64,000 nt of DNA, from contig CAKPSF010000001.1 in the NCBI GenBank assembly GCA_934183305.1, positions 86,824-150,823 of the forward strand. Reading direction: 5' to 3'. Shown here piece by piece: positions 1 to 10,226 of this stretch (positions within the stretch are counted from its first letter, which is position 1; the number at the start of each line of letters is the position of its first letter). This DNA is from an uncultured Clostridia bacterium. Its GTDB lineage: Bacteria; Bacillota; Clostridia; TANB77; CAG-508. A program made the translations under genes and the position numbers. Below the pieces are notes generated by a model. The model saw only the letters and a program-made list of their open reading frames with translations. It did not search any database and was not told where the DNA came from.

Positions 1-72
1 TAGGAATTTCCAATAAACTATCAAGTTTTGTATATTTTCTTGGCTTATTTTTTTTCATTATGCCTCCTTTAA

Positions 73-885
73 TTATTTAGCAAATTCATCTAAAGATTTA
101 AACTCATATCCCATTTCTTTTATTTGTTTTATTACACTATCCAAAATCTTCATATTAGTTTTCGATGTAGCATGTAAAAGCATTATTTCTCCGTTATGTG
201 TATTGTTAATTATTTTATTTATTCCCTCTTGTTCTGATGGTTGTTTTGCTTCATCCCAATCTGCATACGCAAAACTCCACATTACCGGTATGTAGCCTAG
301 TTTTCTTGTTGTATCTAGTGACCTTTCGCTATACTCGCCTTTAGGTGGTCTCATATATTTCATCTCATAACCAAATTTTTCATATATTGCTGTATGTAAA
401 TTCATTATTTCATTTGTTAGTTGTTCTTGTGCTAAGCTTGGCATACTTTTGTGATTAACTGTATGATTTCCTATAATATGTCCTTCATTTATCATTCTTT
501 GAACTATGTCAGAGGCAGTATTTACATAGTGCGCTGTTATAAAAAAAGTAGCTGAAACATTATTATTCTTTAGTGTATCCAATATATTCTCTGTATAACC
601 TGCTTCATACCCCAAATCAAATGTCATATATACATATTTATCATTTTCATTTCCCATTGCATAGCCATTATACTTTTCTATTAGTTCTCTATTTTTTTTA
701 CCTAAGTCTGGTTGTTTATGATTGTCTTCTCTTTTTATTCCCCATTCAATTTTTAAATTTGAAGGTTGTATATTTCCACTTGTTGCAACAATATCTTTGC
801 TTTGGTTAAATTCTAAAATTATACTTAAAATAATTAATATTAAAGCCAGTAGTATACAAGCCCAAATTTTAATTTTTGATTTCAT
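73..885 (-). CDS. polysaccharide deacetylase, NodB domain (PdaA-like delta-lactam-biosynthetic de-N-acetylase family)
   Basis: ORF 73..900; NodB motifs (TFDLGYEAG, HTVNHKS, MWSFAYADWD); N-terminal signal anchor; probable start ATG at 885 (MKSKIKIW, preceded by GGAGATG) rather than 900. Confidence 0.7.
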   Translation of the reverse strand: MKSKIKIWACILLALILIILSIILEFNQSKDIVATSGNIQPSNLKIEWGIKREDNHKQPDLGKKNRELIEKYNGYAMGNENDKYVYMTFDLGYEAGYTENILDTLKNNNVSATFFITAHYVNTASDIVQRMINEGHIIGNHTVNHKSMPSLAQEQLTNEIMNLHTAIYEKFGYEMKYMRPPKGEYSERSLDTTRKLGYIPVMWSFAYADWDEAKQPSEQEGINKIINNTHNGEIMLLHATSKTNMKILDSVIKQIKEMGYEFKSLDEFAK

Positions 886-1188
886 AGCATCATCTCCCAT
901 TTACATTCTATTAGTACTAGGTTTTCATTATGCAATAATTTATTTATAAAGTTCCAACCTACCACTGGTTGATTTGGAACTTTATGGATATTTAGTTTCA
1001 AAGAAACATTAATTTTCTGTTAATATTAATTAGTGATTTTTTTAAAATAATTTTACTAATAGTTAAAATTTAATGCATTATTATCTTGACAATATCTTAA
1101 AATTGGTATATTTTTAGAAATGGAAAAAATAGGTAATTTTCAAATTGTCTATTTTTCTAAAAACACACTAAAGAAAAAATAAACTACC

Positions 1189-1198
1189 TTGATATAAT
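1189..1198 (+). promoter_or_regulatory. extended -10 element (TTGATATAAT) upstream of LytTR regulator gene
   Basis: TGnTATAAT match about 28 nt upstream of GGAGG RBS and ATG at 1226; no clear -35. Confidence 0.35.
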
Positions 1199-1225
1199 GT
1201 TTTTATTATATGGAGGAATTTAAGA

Positions 1226-1966
1226 ATGATAAACTTTGTTATCTGCGATGATAATTTAAACATCGCAAAAAAACTAAAAGAAATGTTTGAGATTTTATTT
1301 GTCAAAAATGATATTGAAGCAGAAATAAAATTTGTAACAGATAACCCAAATGAAGTTTTGGAATATGAAGAAAATAACACAGTTGATGTGTTAATATTAG
1401 ATATAAATTTAAATTCTAATATTTCAGGTATAGATGTGGCCAAAAAAATTAGAAAAAAAAATAAAAAAATTTATATAATTTTTTCAACTGGTCATCTAGA
1501 GTATTCTCTTGTTGCTTATTCTGTAAAAACATTTGACTATCTTCCTAAACCTGTAACTTTAGAAAGGTTAGAAGTAACATTAAATAGATTATTAGAAGAT
1601 TTAAATAATAATCCCTCTAACACTTTTATAAAAATTAATAATAAAACTATTATTAACCAAAAAGAAATCTATTTTATAAAAAAGGATGGAATGAAGCTTG
1701 TATTTTGTACTAATTCTGGAGAATTTGAGACATATAATTCATTAGAAAAAATACAAAACACATTACCAACTAATTTTGTACGTTGTCATAAATCATACAT
1801 AGCAAATACACAGCAAATATTAAATATTAATAAAAAGGATAATTCAATTATCTTTACTAACAACCAAACATGCGATATTGGTGAAAAATATAAAGATAAT
1901 ATAATGGGGGTTTTTAATTATGGAAATTTTACAAATAATTTGGACAGCTTTAACAACAGAAAATGA
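1226..1966 (+). CDS. agrA: LytTR-family response regulator (AgrA-like)
   Basis: N-terminal receiver domain (VICDDN..., D in ILDINL) plus C-terminal LytTR DNA-binding domain; RBS GGAGGAATTTAAGA-ATG; adjacent to agrC-like kinase and convergent agrBD. Confidence 0.8.
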   Translation: MINFVICDDNLNIAKKLKEMFEILFVKNDIEAEIKFVTDNPNEVLEYEENNTVDVLILDINLNSNISGIDVAKKIRKKNKKIYIIFSTGHLEYSLVAYSVKTFDYLPKPVTLERLEVTLNRLLEDLNNNPSNTFIKINNKTIINQKEIYFIKKDGMKLVFCTNSGEFETYNSLEKIQNTLPTNFVRCHKSYIANTQQILNINKKDNSIIFTNNQTCDIGEKYKDNIMGVFNYGNFTNNLDSFNNRK

Positions 1967-3269
1967 ACTGTTAACAAAAATACTTTTTATACCTGAAACT
2001 TTTTTAGAAACATTTATTGGAATGCTACTTTTTACAAGCATACTAAATATTACTGTTTCTAAGAAAACAAAAATAAAATATATAATATATTTTTCAATAT
2101 TAGCTAATATAATTAGTTTTGTGATTCCAAATCCATACCGTTCATTTATAAACTTAGCATTAATGTTAATATTTATTAAAATATTATTTAAAACCAATAT
2201 TATAAAAACTATTTTAGCAGTAATACTTCCAATACTAGTAACTGTACTATGTGAATCAGTAATCACAAGATTATTCTCATTCGCTTTAGATTTTAACAGT
2301 TTAACTTTACGAACTATTCCAATATATAGATTATTAGTTGCTTTAAGCATACAATTTTTAGCATTTATTATTTATATTTTTATTAAATACTTTAAGATAC
2401 AAATATCAATACTCGAAAATATTTCTAAAAAAAGTAAGATTTTAATTATTATAAACTTAATTTTTGCAATATTAGCTTTATCCATTCAATTTTTTATTAC
2501 AGGTTTTTATTTAAATAAATTACCAGTATACATTGTGTTATTTAGTAATTTAAGCTTAATATTATATTTCATTCTTAGTTTATATAGTCTTACTAAAACT
2601 ACTCAACTTGAACTCACATCATTAAACTTAGAACAAGAAAAAGAAAGTAATAAGATATTAAAAGATTTACAAGATGACTTACATGGCTTTAGACACGATT
2701 TTACAAATATAATGTGTACAATTGGTGGTTATGTACAAGTTAAAGATATGAATGGATTAAGCAAATATTATTCTCAAATTCAAAAAGATATAAATAAAGT
2801 AAATAATTTAGGTGCATTAAACCCAGAAACAATAAACAATCCGGCTGTTTTTGTTTTAATTTCTTCAAAATATAGTAAAGCTTTAGAACTTGGAATTGAA
2901 ATGAATATAAATATTTTTATAGATCTAAATAAACTTAATATGAAAATTTATGAATTCACAAGAATTTTAGGAATATTATTAGATAATGCAATTGAAGCAT
3001 CAAAAGAATGCAATGAAAAAATAATAAATATTGAAATGAGAAAAGATTCTAATCGTAACAGACAATTATTAATAATTGAAAATACTTTTAACAATAAAGA
3101 TGTCAATACAGAACAAATATATGAAAAGAATTATTCTACAAAATCCGGAAATAGTGGACTTGGTTTATGGGAAGTTAGAAAAATATTAAATAGAAATAAT
3201 AATTTAAACCTCTTCACTACAAAAAACGAAAAGTTCTTTAAACAACAACTTGAAATATATAATAATTAA
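1920..3269 (+). CDS. agrC: HPK10-type sensor histidine kinase (AgrC-like), 6 TM helices + GHKL ATPase
   Basis: Polytopic N-terminus, H-box (LHGFRHDFTN), N/G boxes (LDNAIEAS, SGNSGLGLWEVRKIL); start at 1920 overlaps regulator by 47 nt; a later Met start is possible. Confidence 0.75.
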   Translation: MEILQIIWTALTTENELLTKILFIPETFLETFIGMLLFTSILNITVSKKTKIKYIIYFSILANIISFVIPNPYRSFINLALMLIFIKILFKTNIIKTILAVILPILVTVLCESVITRLFSFALDFNSLTLRTIPIYRLLVALSIQFLAFIIYIFIKYFKIQISILENISKKSKILIIINLIFAILALSIQFFITGFYLNKLPVYIVLFSNLSLILYFILSLYSLTKTTQLELTSLNLEQEKESNKILKDLQDDLHGFRHDFTNIMCTIGGYVQVKDMNGLSKYYSQIQKDINKVNNLGALNPETINNPAVFVLISSKYSKALELGIEMNINIFIDLNKLNMKIYEFTRILGILLDNAIEASKECNEKIINIEMRKDSNRNRQLLIIENTFNNKDVNTEQIYEKNYSTKSGNSGLGLWEVRKILNRNNNLNLFTTKNEKFFKQQLEIYNN

Positions 3270-3276
3270 CAAGATT

Positions 3277-3327
3277 AAAGGATAGAAATTTAAGATTACA
3301 CAATTATTTCTATCCTTTATTTTTTTA
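3277..3327 (+). terminator. rho-independent terminator after agrC (stem AAAGGATAGAAAT/ATTTCTATCCTTT + T7)
   Basis: 13-bp perfect stem followed by ATTTTTTT immediately 3' of agrC stop. Confidence 0.7.
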
Positions 3328-3447
3328 CTAGTCTTTCTTTATTAAAGAAGCTGGCATTTTTGGTTGATGCCACCACCCAAATATATTGCAAGCTGTATTT
3401 GTAGATTTAGCATATTTTTCTGCTACTTTAGCTAATAATTTTAACAT
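3328..3447 (-). CDS. agrD: AgrD autoinducing-peptide precursor, 39 aa (MLKLLAKVAEKYAKSTNTACNIFGWWHQPKMPASLIKKD)
   Basis: Hand-translated small ORF missed by the 60-aa ORF track. GGAGG RBS 8 nt upstream. Amphipathic N-terminal helix, single Cys, and an HQP motif, as recalled for clostridial AgrD. Lies immediately downstream of agrB. Confidence 0.75.
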   Translation of the reverse strand: MLKLLAKVAEKYAKSTNTACNIFGWWHQPKMPASLIKKD

Positions 3448-3503
3448 AACAAAATCCTCCTTAGTTAATTTCTTTATAATAAATCGTGCCGGCCACAATT
3501 TTA

Positions 3504-4127
3504 TTAACTTAAATTATTTTCATTTGCATAGACTTCATATCCATATTTGCAGTTAGCTACTTTATATGCAACCTTAGTTATCATTAAGCTTTGCATAAAT
3601 ATTCCTAGTATTATTATGTTTGATATAACATTGTTATTTATAAATATCCCTATTGCCAAAGTTATGCTAAGTACTATATATGATAAGATTTGTTTTATCC
3701 TTCTATCTTTTTTTCTTAATATTGGTACATTTTCAGTATCTGCTGGTGAATATAACTTGCACATTATCATTCCAAATATCCATGTTAAAACAATGCAAAT
3801 AATCTTAGTTTGTATATCTAATTCAAATGTTTTACTAATATATGGAATTCCACAGTAAAATGTACTTGTTCCTATAATACATCCCAAATGCGTTTTTAAG
3901 TGAAAACCACCTGAGAATGCTCTATAAGGGAAAATAACTAACACACACAAGAAAAACTCTTTTAAAACTCCTAATATAATGGCAATTGCAATAAATATAA
4001 ATGTTTTAGGCACTTCCCCTACTATTAAATGTATGCCATAATTTATTACTTCTGCTCTTTCCTCACTTATTTCTGGCATTTTCTGTTTTATTTTACTGGT
4101 TAAATAATCACAGATTTTATCTACCAT
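3504..4127 (-). CDS. agrB: AgrB accessory gene regulator B (AgrD-processing membrane endopeptidase)
   Basis: about 200-aa polytopic membrane protein with conserved His/Cys pair (FHLKTHLGCII); AGAGGAG RBS; immediately upstream of agrD. Confidence 0.8.
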   Translation of the reverse strand: MVDKICDYLTSKIKQKMPEISEERAEVINYGIHLIVGEVPKTFIFIAIAIILGVLKEFFLCVLVIFPYRAFSGGFHLKTHLGCIIGTSTFYCGIPYISKTFELDIQTKIICIVLTWIFGMIMCKLYSPADTENVPILRKKDRRIKQILSYIVLSITLAIGIFINNNVISNIIILGIFMQSLMITKVAYKVANCKYGYEVYANENNLS

Positions 4128-4212
4128 AATTGTCTCCTCTTTTGTTTTCTTATGAGGCTATTTTATATTAATTTTTTCTATATAATTTATTTTGAATATA
4201 AAAGGTGTTTTT

Positions 4213-4262
4213 TAATATATAAAAAGGTTATAAATCATTTTCATAAACAATTTATAACCTTT
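4213..4262 (-). terminator. rho-independent terminator downstream of rluA-family gene (14-bp stem)
   Basis: Perfect inverted repeat AAAAGGTTATAAAT...ATTTATAACCTTTT with flanking A/T runs, just 3' of stop at 4271 on minus strand. Confidence 0.6.
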
Positions 4263-4270
4263 TATAAAAT

Positions 4271-4957
4271 TCACATAATGTCAAAATCTTTTATCATTAC
4301 CCACGGACCAATTGGTTCTGGAATATCTGTGAAAGTCATGCTTTCTTTAGTTATTGGGTGTTCTATTGTAAGTTTATACGCCCATAATGAAATTTGTTTT
4401 CCTCTTCCGCGAGTTCCGTATTTTTGGTCGCCACATATGCTATGTCCCATTCCTGCTAATTGAACTCTAATTTGATGATGTCTACCTGTATGTAGTAAAA
4501 TTTTTAGCAAAGATAAGTCTATTTCCTCATTATATTTTAAAACTTCATATTCTAACTTAGCATATTTTGAACCAGGTGTATTTTCTTTAACAATTTTGCT
4601 TGTGTTTGTTTTTTCATTTTTTAATAAATAATCTTCTAATATTCCTTTGTTTCTTTCAGGCTTTCCATCAACTATTGCTAGATACTCTTTTTTGAAAATC
4701 TTTTCTCTAACTTGATTACTAAGCCTTGAAGCTGCTTTAGATGTTTTTGCGAATACCATAATTCCACCAACCGGTCTATCCAATCTATGTACTAAACCTA
4801 AATATACATTTCCCGGTTTGTTATACTTTTCTTTTAAGTATTCTTTTATTAAAGTTAACATATTTACGTCTTCTGTTTTATCTCCTTGTGAGGGAATATT
4901 TGGTGGTTTTTCCACAACGATTATATGATTATCTTCGTATATTATTTTAAGATTCAT
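4271..4957 (-). CDS. RluA-family pseudouridine synthase
   Basis: HRLDRPVGGIMVFAKT catalytic motif; probable start at 4957 (MNLKIIYEDNHIIVVEKP) with GGGAGAAAT RBS; ORF track extends to 4987. Confidence 0.75.
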   Translation of the reverse strand: MNLKIIYEDNHIIVVEKPPNIPSQGDKTEDVNMLTLIKEYLKEKYNKPGNVYLGLVHRLDRPVGGIMVFAKTSKAASRLSNQVREKIFKKEYLAIVDGKPERNKGILEDYLLKNEKTNTSKIVKENTPGSKYAKLEYEVLKYNEEIDLSLLKILLHTGRHHQIRVQLAGMGHSICGDQKYGTRGRGKQISLWAYKLTIEHPITKESMTFTDIPEPIGPWVMIKDFDIM

Positions 4958-4958
4958 T

Positions 4959-5822
4959 TTATTTCTCCCATTTTGCAAAGATTCCACATGGCAATGTTAA
5001 ATTTGAATTAGTCATCGGAAGTCCTATTTCACTTGCAGAAAATTTCCCTTTGTGCTTTTCATTCATATTCATTTTTAATACATTTTCTAACACCGTAGAA
5101 GAAATGCCTGTTGTATATGAATTAATTAAAAAGAATAAAGGATTATCTGACAAAACTTCCATACATAATTTTATTAAATCATATATGTTTTCTTCAAACT
5201 TCCAAACCTCTCCATTTGCGCCTCTACCATATGATGGTGGATCCATAATTATAGCATCATATTTATTGCCTCTTCTTATTTCTCTATTTACAAATTTAAC
5301 AACATCATCAACGATATATCTAACTTTAGCTTTTTCTAAACCAGAAGAAATTACATTTTCTTTAGCCCAAGCTGTCATTCCTTTTGAACTATCAACATGG
5401 CATACACTAGCACCAGCAGATAAACAAGCAACTGTTGCTCCTCCTGTATATGCAAATAAATTCAATACTTTTATTTCTCTTTTTTCGTTTTGTATTTTAT
5501 TAATCATCCAATCCCAATTAACAGCTTGTTCTGGAAAAAGCCCAGTATGTTTAAATCCCATTGGTTTTATATTAAACGTTAGATTTTTATAATTAATTTG
5601 CCACGCTTTAGGTAGTTTGCTAGTATTTTCCCAACTACCTCCACCAGTTTTGCTTCTATTATATTTAGCATCTGCTTTTTTCCATTTTTCTGGAAAAGTT
5701 TTCTCTTTCCAAATTATTTGTGGATCCGGTCTTATTAAAACAATATCTCCCCATCTTTCAAGTTTTTCACCATTTGCCATATCTAAAATTTCATAATCTT
5801 TCCAATTATTTGCTAAATTCAT
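4959..5822 (-). CDS. class I SAM-dependent RNA methyltransferase (RlmI/YwbD-like catalytic domain)
   Basis: Rossmann SAM motif LFAYTGGATVACLSAGA, DPPSYGRG; adjacent to rluA-family gene. Confidence 0.6.
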   Translation of the reverse strand: MNLANNWKDYEILDMANGEKLERWGDIVLIRPDPQIIWKEKTFPEKWKKADAKYNRSKTGGGSWENTSKLPKAWQINYKNLTFNIKPMGFKHTGLFPEQAVNWDWMINKIQNEKREIKVLNLFAYTGGATVACLSAGASVCHVDSSKGMTAWAKENVISSGLEKAKVRYIVDDVVKFVNREIRRGNKYDAIIMDPPSYGRGANGEVWKFEENIYDLIKLCMEVLSDNPLFFLINSYTTGISSTVLENVLKMNMNEKHKGKFSASEIGLPMTNSNLTLPCGIFAKWEK

Positions 5823-5936
5823 TAATATTTTTGCACACCAAAATAAAGGTATTGCACTCCCTTCTTTTCATATACCCTATATTTTAACATATTTTTAATT
5901 ATTTTTCTATCTTTTAGGAATAAATAAGAATAAAAA

Positions 5937-6119
5937 TTATAATGTAATTAATAAATTTATAAAAGTATTAATTAGCACAATATATGTTGCTAATACTCCT
6001 AAACTCGCACTTCCTATTACAAGTGCTAATTTATTTTTTTTAATAAATTCTATTGTTCGTGATGTTTTATAACTTACTCCTCTCGCTTGTCCTTGTGGTA
6101 TATATCTGATATTTTCCAT
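5937..6119 (-). CDS. small membrane protein (60 aa), unknown function
   Basis: Strong RBS (AGGAGG + 7 nt + ATG); single C-terminal TM helix. Confidence 0.45.
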   Translation of the reverse strand: MENIRYIPQGQARGVSYKTSRTIEFIKKNKLALVIGSASLGVLATYIVLINTFINLLITL

Positions 6120-6262
6120 AAAAAAACCTCCTAAAGAATATCTCTTTTAAAATTATATTCCTTAGAAGTTTTTTTATTACAATAATCGTATGTTCATTTT
6201 TTACATTTTTTTGTTTATATTCTAAACACTTTACGGTAATTCTTTTTCTTTGACATTTTACA

Positions 6263-8047
6263 TTATAATTCGTTTTTTAGTTTTTCTGCCAAACTTTTTG
6301 TTATTCCTTTTGTTTGCATTAATTCTTCCATTGTTGCATTTTTAATTTTATCTACACTACCAACTTTCTTTAAAAGTTCTTTTTTCTTTGCTTCTCCAAT
6401 TCCTTCAATTTCATCTAATTTAGATTTTGTTATCTCACTATCTCTTAATTTTCTATGATATTCAATTGCTGTATCATGTACAGTATCTTGAAATCTAGTA
6501 ACTAAATTCATTAGATCCTCTGTTAATTCTATTTCTTGTTTTTTGTCATCAATTAGGGCTCTAGTCCTATGTTTATCATTTTTAACCATACCATAAATTG
6601 GAATATTTAAGTTCAACTCATTTATAGCTTCTTTGGCTGCACGTATTTGAGTTATTCCACCATCTACAAATATTACATCAGGTAATTTTCCAAAACCACT
6701 GTTTGAGCTATTTATTGAATGCTTTAATCTTCTTGTTATTACTTCTCTCATACAAGCAGGATCGTCTTGATCAAATAGAGTTTTTATTTTAAATCTTCTT
6801 GATAACTTTTTATCTATAACGCCATCTTTTAATACGCACATGCCTGCAACAATATTAGTTCCAGACAAGTTAGAGATATCATAACATTCAATTTTTCTTG
6901 GAAGATTTTCTAAATTCAATATTTCTTTTAATTCATTTAAGATATTAAATTTATCATTAACTTTATTTTCTAATGTAACTTTAGCATTGTTTTCTGCCAT
7001 TTCCACAAATTTAAGTTTCTCACCTTTTTGTGGATGTCTTATTTCCACTTTCCTATTTGCTTTCTTAGATAAAATTTCTTCTATCAATTCTTTATCTTCT
7101 ATTTCTTTGCTTATCATTATTTTACTAGGTAAGTTTTCATTATTCAAATAATATTGTTTAACAAATTGAGATAATAATTCTTCATCTTTTAACTCATTTA
7201 AATCATTAAAAAAATAATTCTCTCTTCCAATCATTTTGCTTTGTCTTACAAAGAATAGTTCTATACATGCAGTTAGTTCATTTCTTGCAATTCCTATTAC
7301 ATCTATTGCATTTTCATTAATATTTGATACTTTTTGTTTTTGTGATATATTTTCTATTGCTATAACTTTATCTCTTAAATATGCTGCTTTTTCATATTCT
7401 TGTTTGCTTGCCGCTTCCATTATTTCATCTTTTAGTTTTTTTATAAGTTTTACAGACTTTCCATCTAGCAACTCAATTATTTCCTCAATTTGCTTTTTAT
7501 AATCTTCTTTTGATACCATATTAACACATGGTCCTAGACACCTACCAATATGATAATTTAGGCAAACTCTTTTATTAGATTTAAAACTCTTGCATTGTCT
7601 TATTTTAAATTTTTGTTTAATAAAATCCACCATTTCTTTGGCACTTCCTGGATTTGCATATGGTCCAAAATATTTCGCACCATCATTTAAAATTTTTCTA
7701 GTAGTATAAATGGTTGGATATTCCTCATTTAAAGTTATTTTTATATATGGATATGTTTTATCATCTTTTAATAAAACATTAAATTTAGGTTTATTTTTCT
7801 TAATTAAGTTACACTCTAAAATTAACGCCTCAGCTTCATTATCTACAATAATATATTCAAAATGATCAATTAAACTAACCATCTTTTCAATTCTAGTAGT
7901 TTTATTATTTTTTCTAAAATATTGTCTTACTCTATTTTTTAAAGAAACTGCCTTTCCAACATAAATAATGTTATCATCTTTATCGTGCATTATATAAACG
8001 CCTGGCTTCGAAGGAAGTTTCTTAAGTTCTGCTTCTATATTAAACAT
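6263..8047 (-). CDS. uvrC: excinuclease ABC subunit C
   Basis: N-terminal GIY-YIG (PGVYIMHDKDDNIIYVGKA...NRVRQYF), UvrBC-interaction and C-terminal HhH regions; 594 aa. Confidence 0.92.
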   Translation of the reverse strand: MFNIEAELKKLPSKPGVYIMHDKDDNIIYVGKAVSLKNRVRQYFRKNNKTTRIEKMVSLIDHFEYIIVDNEAEALILECNLIKKNKPKFNVLLKDDKTYPYIKITLNEEYPTIYTTRKILNDGAKYFGPYANPGSAKEMVDFIKQKFKIRQCKSFKSNKRVCLNYHIGRCLGPCVNMVSKEDYKKQIEEIIELLDGKSVKLIKKLKDEIMEAASKQEYEKAAYLRDKVIAIENISQKQKVSNINENAIDVIGIARNELTACIELFFVRQSKMIGRENYFFNDLNELKDEELLSQFVKQYYLNNENLPSKIMISKEIEDKELIEEILSKKANRKVEIRHPQKGEKLKFVEMAENNAKVTLENKVNDKFNILNELKEILNLENLPRKIECYDISNLSGTNIVAGMCVLKDGVIDKKLSRRFKIKTLFDQDDPACMREVITRRLKHSINSSNSGFGKLPDVIFVDGGITQIRAAKEAINELNLNIPIYGMVKNDKHRTRALIDDKKQEIELTEDLMNLVTRFQDTVHDTAIEYHRKLRDSEITKSKLDEIEGIGEAKKKELLKKVGSVDKIKNATMEELMQTKGITKSLAEKLKNEL

Positions 8048-10226
8048 CTAAAATGCTCCACCTCCTCCGGCCGCTTCCACCGCCACCAGAAAATCCGCCT
8101 CCTCCGGAGAATCCGCCTCCGCTTCCTCCAGAGAAACTATCTGATCCTCCGCCACCAGTTCCAATTGAACTAATAACACTATCAGCTAAATTTTTTATTG
8201 ATTCTAATCCAGCATTTCTCATATGCATATCAAAGTAACTATAGTCATTATTAATATAGTCAAGTATTTCAGAATTGTATAAGAATTGAGTAAATTTATC
8301 AGCATCAAGCATTGGTTGTATTAAATATACAATTTTACTTGCAATTCCAAAAGATACCGCATACGCTAAATATTTCTCCCACAAAACAATTTCTTTTATT
8401 TCTTTACTATCAATCATAGAATATTCTTCTATTTTGTACTTTAATGCATTTAATCTACTATAATCTTCTATGGCTTTGGGGTTGTTTTTAAGCATTAGAT
8501 TATCTGTAAGCATTATTAAAGTTCCAACACAAATTAATATTTCATTTACAAGTAAATATTTATTTTTTGTTAATATTGCTGTAATTACAAATATAATTAA
8601 AAATCCAAGCACTATACTAATTGATTTCATTACTATTTTTTGTCCAGAAACTTTTTGCACTAATTTATTAATTCCTTTTTTGGCTACATTTATTAATTTT
8701 AAAGGAATATATATAATATATAATAATACTGGGAAAAACATTAATGCACAAAGTAATATAGGTGAAATAATAGAAAAACTTTTTGAAGTGCTAATACTTA
8801 ATTGTGAAGACAACATATTATTAAAATTATATATTGATAATATTAATATAATAATAAATAGGAACACATTAAATGCCTTTAAAAACCATGGTACGCAAAC
8901 TTTATTAGCCCCTAAATTATTTAGTCTTTTCATTGCCAATTCATCAAGCTTTTCTAACTTTTCTTTAGCATGTTTTTCTTCAGGAAGTTCTTTTAATCTA
9001 TCTTCTAAATTTACTTTTGAAGTATTTAATACCCATTTAGCCACAAATTCTTCAATTTCATCTGGCTCATATTTACTTTTTTCGTTCTTACTTATGTAAT
9101 ACAAATAATCAGAATTGTTGCCAGTTATATAATTTTTTATTTTATCTTTTACACTTATATCTTCATTTGGATTTCGGTTTATAATATCTATTTCTAGATA
9201 TTTTTTATTTACTAAGTCTAAAATAACAGCAATTATATCTCTTGATAATACATTTCTGCTTCCTTGTATGCAACCTGCTAGCAATGGATTATATTTTTCA
9301 AACATTTCTTCATCATTGCTTACAACATTATATTTTTTATCTTTTTCAAATATTAAAATTAATATCAACCAGTATACTAATAAACATCCAGCTAAAATTA
9401 ACAAACTATTATTAAATTTATCTTTTTCTTTAACTTTGTTATATATATTTCTTTCTTCTTGCATAATTCTATCTAAAGCAAATTTATTAGATGCTTTATT
9501 TGTTTTCTCTATATTGCTTAAATTAAATAAAACTCTTCCTGCCACATATTCTCCTGGTTTAATATTTTCCACATATAAATTTATGGTATTTTCATCAATA
9601 ATTTCAACTTTTCCATTCTCCGGCCCATGTGCGAAAGCGTACAAATTCTCCTTAGTTGTGTTGTTAGGCAGTTTAATATTTATATTTAATTGTTTTATTG
9701 TTTTGTCCCAAGCCCCACCAATAAAGTTATAATATATTTCTCCAATATCATTATGTTTTACTGCAACATCTTTTAAAGTGTAACTTATATTAAAATTTTT
9801 TGTTTGATTACTAGATGGTGAATATACTTTTATTTTCTTTATATTATTTTCATCTTGTACAGTATAAACTCCAGTTTTTCCATTTGATGCATAATTAGTT
9901 TGAGTATACTCTACTCCTGCTACTTCTATATTATTTATTATTACAGAACTAGCATTATAAAAACTATCATTAATTAATGAGGTTTGCTTTCTTATTTGAT
10001 CGTATTTACTATCATTTACGCCATATGGTAAAGTTATATAAATTCCATTATAGCTACCATCAAATCTATATGTTAATTTTTCATTTATTGATAAATCTCC
10101 ATTTTCATTTAATGTAACTTCCATATTTATAGAATCTATTGAATAATTTGATGCTTCTACTTTATTGCAAACTAGCAAGCATAATACAAATAATAAAAAA
10201 ACAATAAAAAACTTTAATCTTTTCAT
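8040..10226 (-). CDS. DUF2207-family membrane protein with Gly-rich C-terminal tail
   Basis: Signal peptide, large extracytoplasmic domain, several TM helices, C-terminal GGGGSDSFSGGSGGGFSGGGGFSGGGGSGRRRW; start overlaps uvrC 3' end by 8 nt. Confidence 0.6.
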   Translation of the reverse strand: MKRLKFFIVFLLFVLCLLVCNKVEASNYSIDSINMEVTLNENGDLSINEKLTYRFDGSYNGIYITLPYGVNDSKYDQIRKQTSLINDSFYNASSVIINNIEVAGVEYTQTNYASNGKTGVYTVQDENNIKKIKVYSPSSNQTKNFNISYTLKDVAVKHNDIGEIYYNFIGGAWDKTIKQLNINIKLPNNTTKENLYAFAHGPENGKVEIIDENTINLYVENIKPGEYVAGRVLFNLSNIEKTNKASNKFALDRIMQEERNIYNKVKEKDKFNNSLLILAGCLLVYWLILILIFEKDKKYNVVSNDEEMFEKYNPLLAGCIQGSRNVLSRDIIAVILDLVNKKYLEIDIINRNPNEDISVKDKIKNYITGNNSDYLYYISKNEKSKYEPDEIEEFVAKWVLNTSKVNLEDRLKELPEEKHAKEKLEKLDELAMKRLNNLGANKVCVPWFLKAFNVFLFIIILILSIYNFNNMLSSQLSISTSKSFSIISPILLCALMFFPVLLYIIYIPLKLINVAKKGINKLVQKVSGQKIVMKSISIVLGFLIIFVITAILTKNKYLLVNEILICVGTLIMLTDNLMLKNNPKAIEDYSRLNALKYKIEEYSMIDSKEIKEIVLWEKYLAYAVSFGIASKIVYLIQPMLDADKFTQFLYNSEILDYINNDYSYFDMHMRNAGLESIKNLADSVISSIGTGGGGSDSFSGGSGGGFSGGGGFSGGGGSGRRRWSILDV

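Noticed and set aside
901-1188. Imperfect inverted repeat (AAGTTCCAACC...GGTTGATTTGGAACTT, ~944-990) between divergent pdaA-like and agrA genes as possible LytTR operator
   Set aside because: Not a direct-repeat pair of 9-mers spaced 12 nt as expected for AgrA-type sites; could equally be a pdaA-side element; insufficient evidence
8053-8238. Pro-rich 61-aa ORF and G/C-rich short repeats (ggaggcgg...) that looked like possible CRISPR or tandem repeats
   Set aside because: They are the antisense and codon-level repetition of the Gly-rich C-terminal tail (GGGGSGG...) of the DUF2207 protein; no spacer-repeat periodicity
8470-9099. 209-aa + strand ORF (and similar long antisense ORFs at 29102-29749, 55991-56578, 3547-3858, 1844-2350)
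   Set aside because: Lie wholly inside well-supported genes on the opposite strand (DUF2207, gatA, VirB4, agrB, agrA/agrC), low-complexity AT-rich translations, no RBS; spurious
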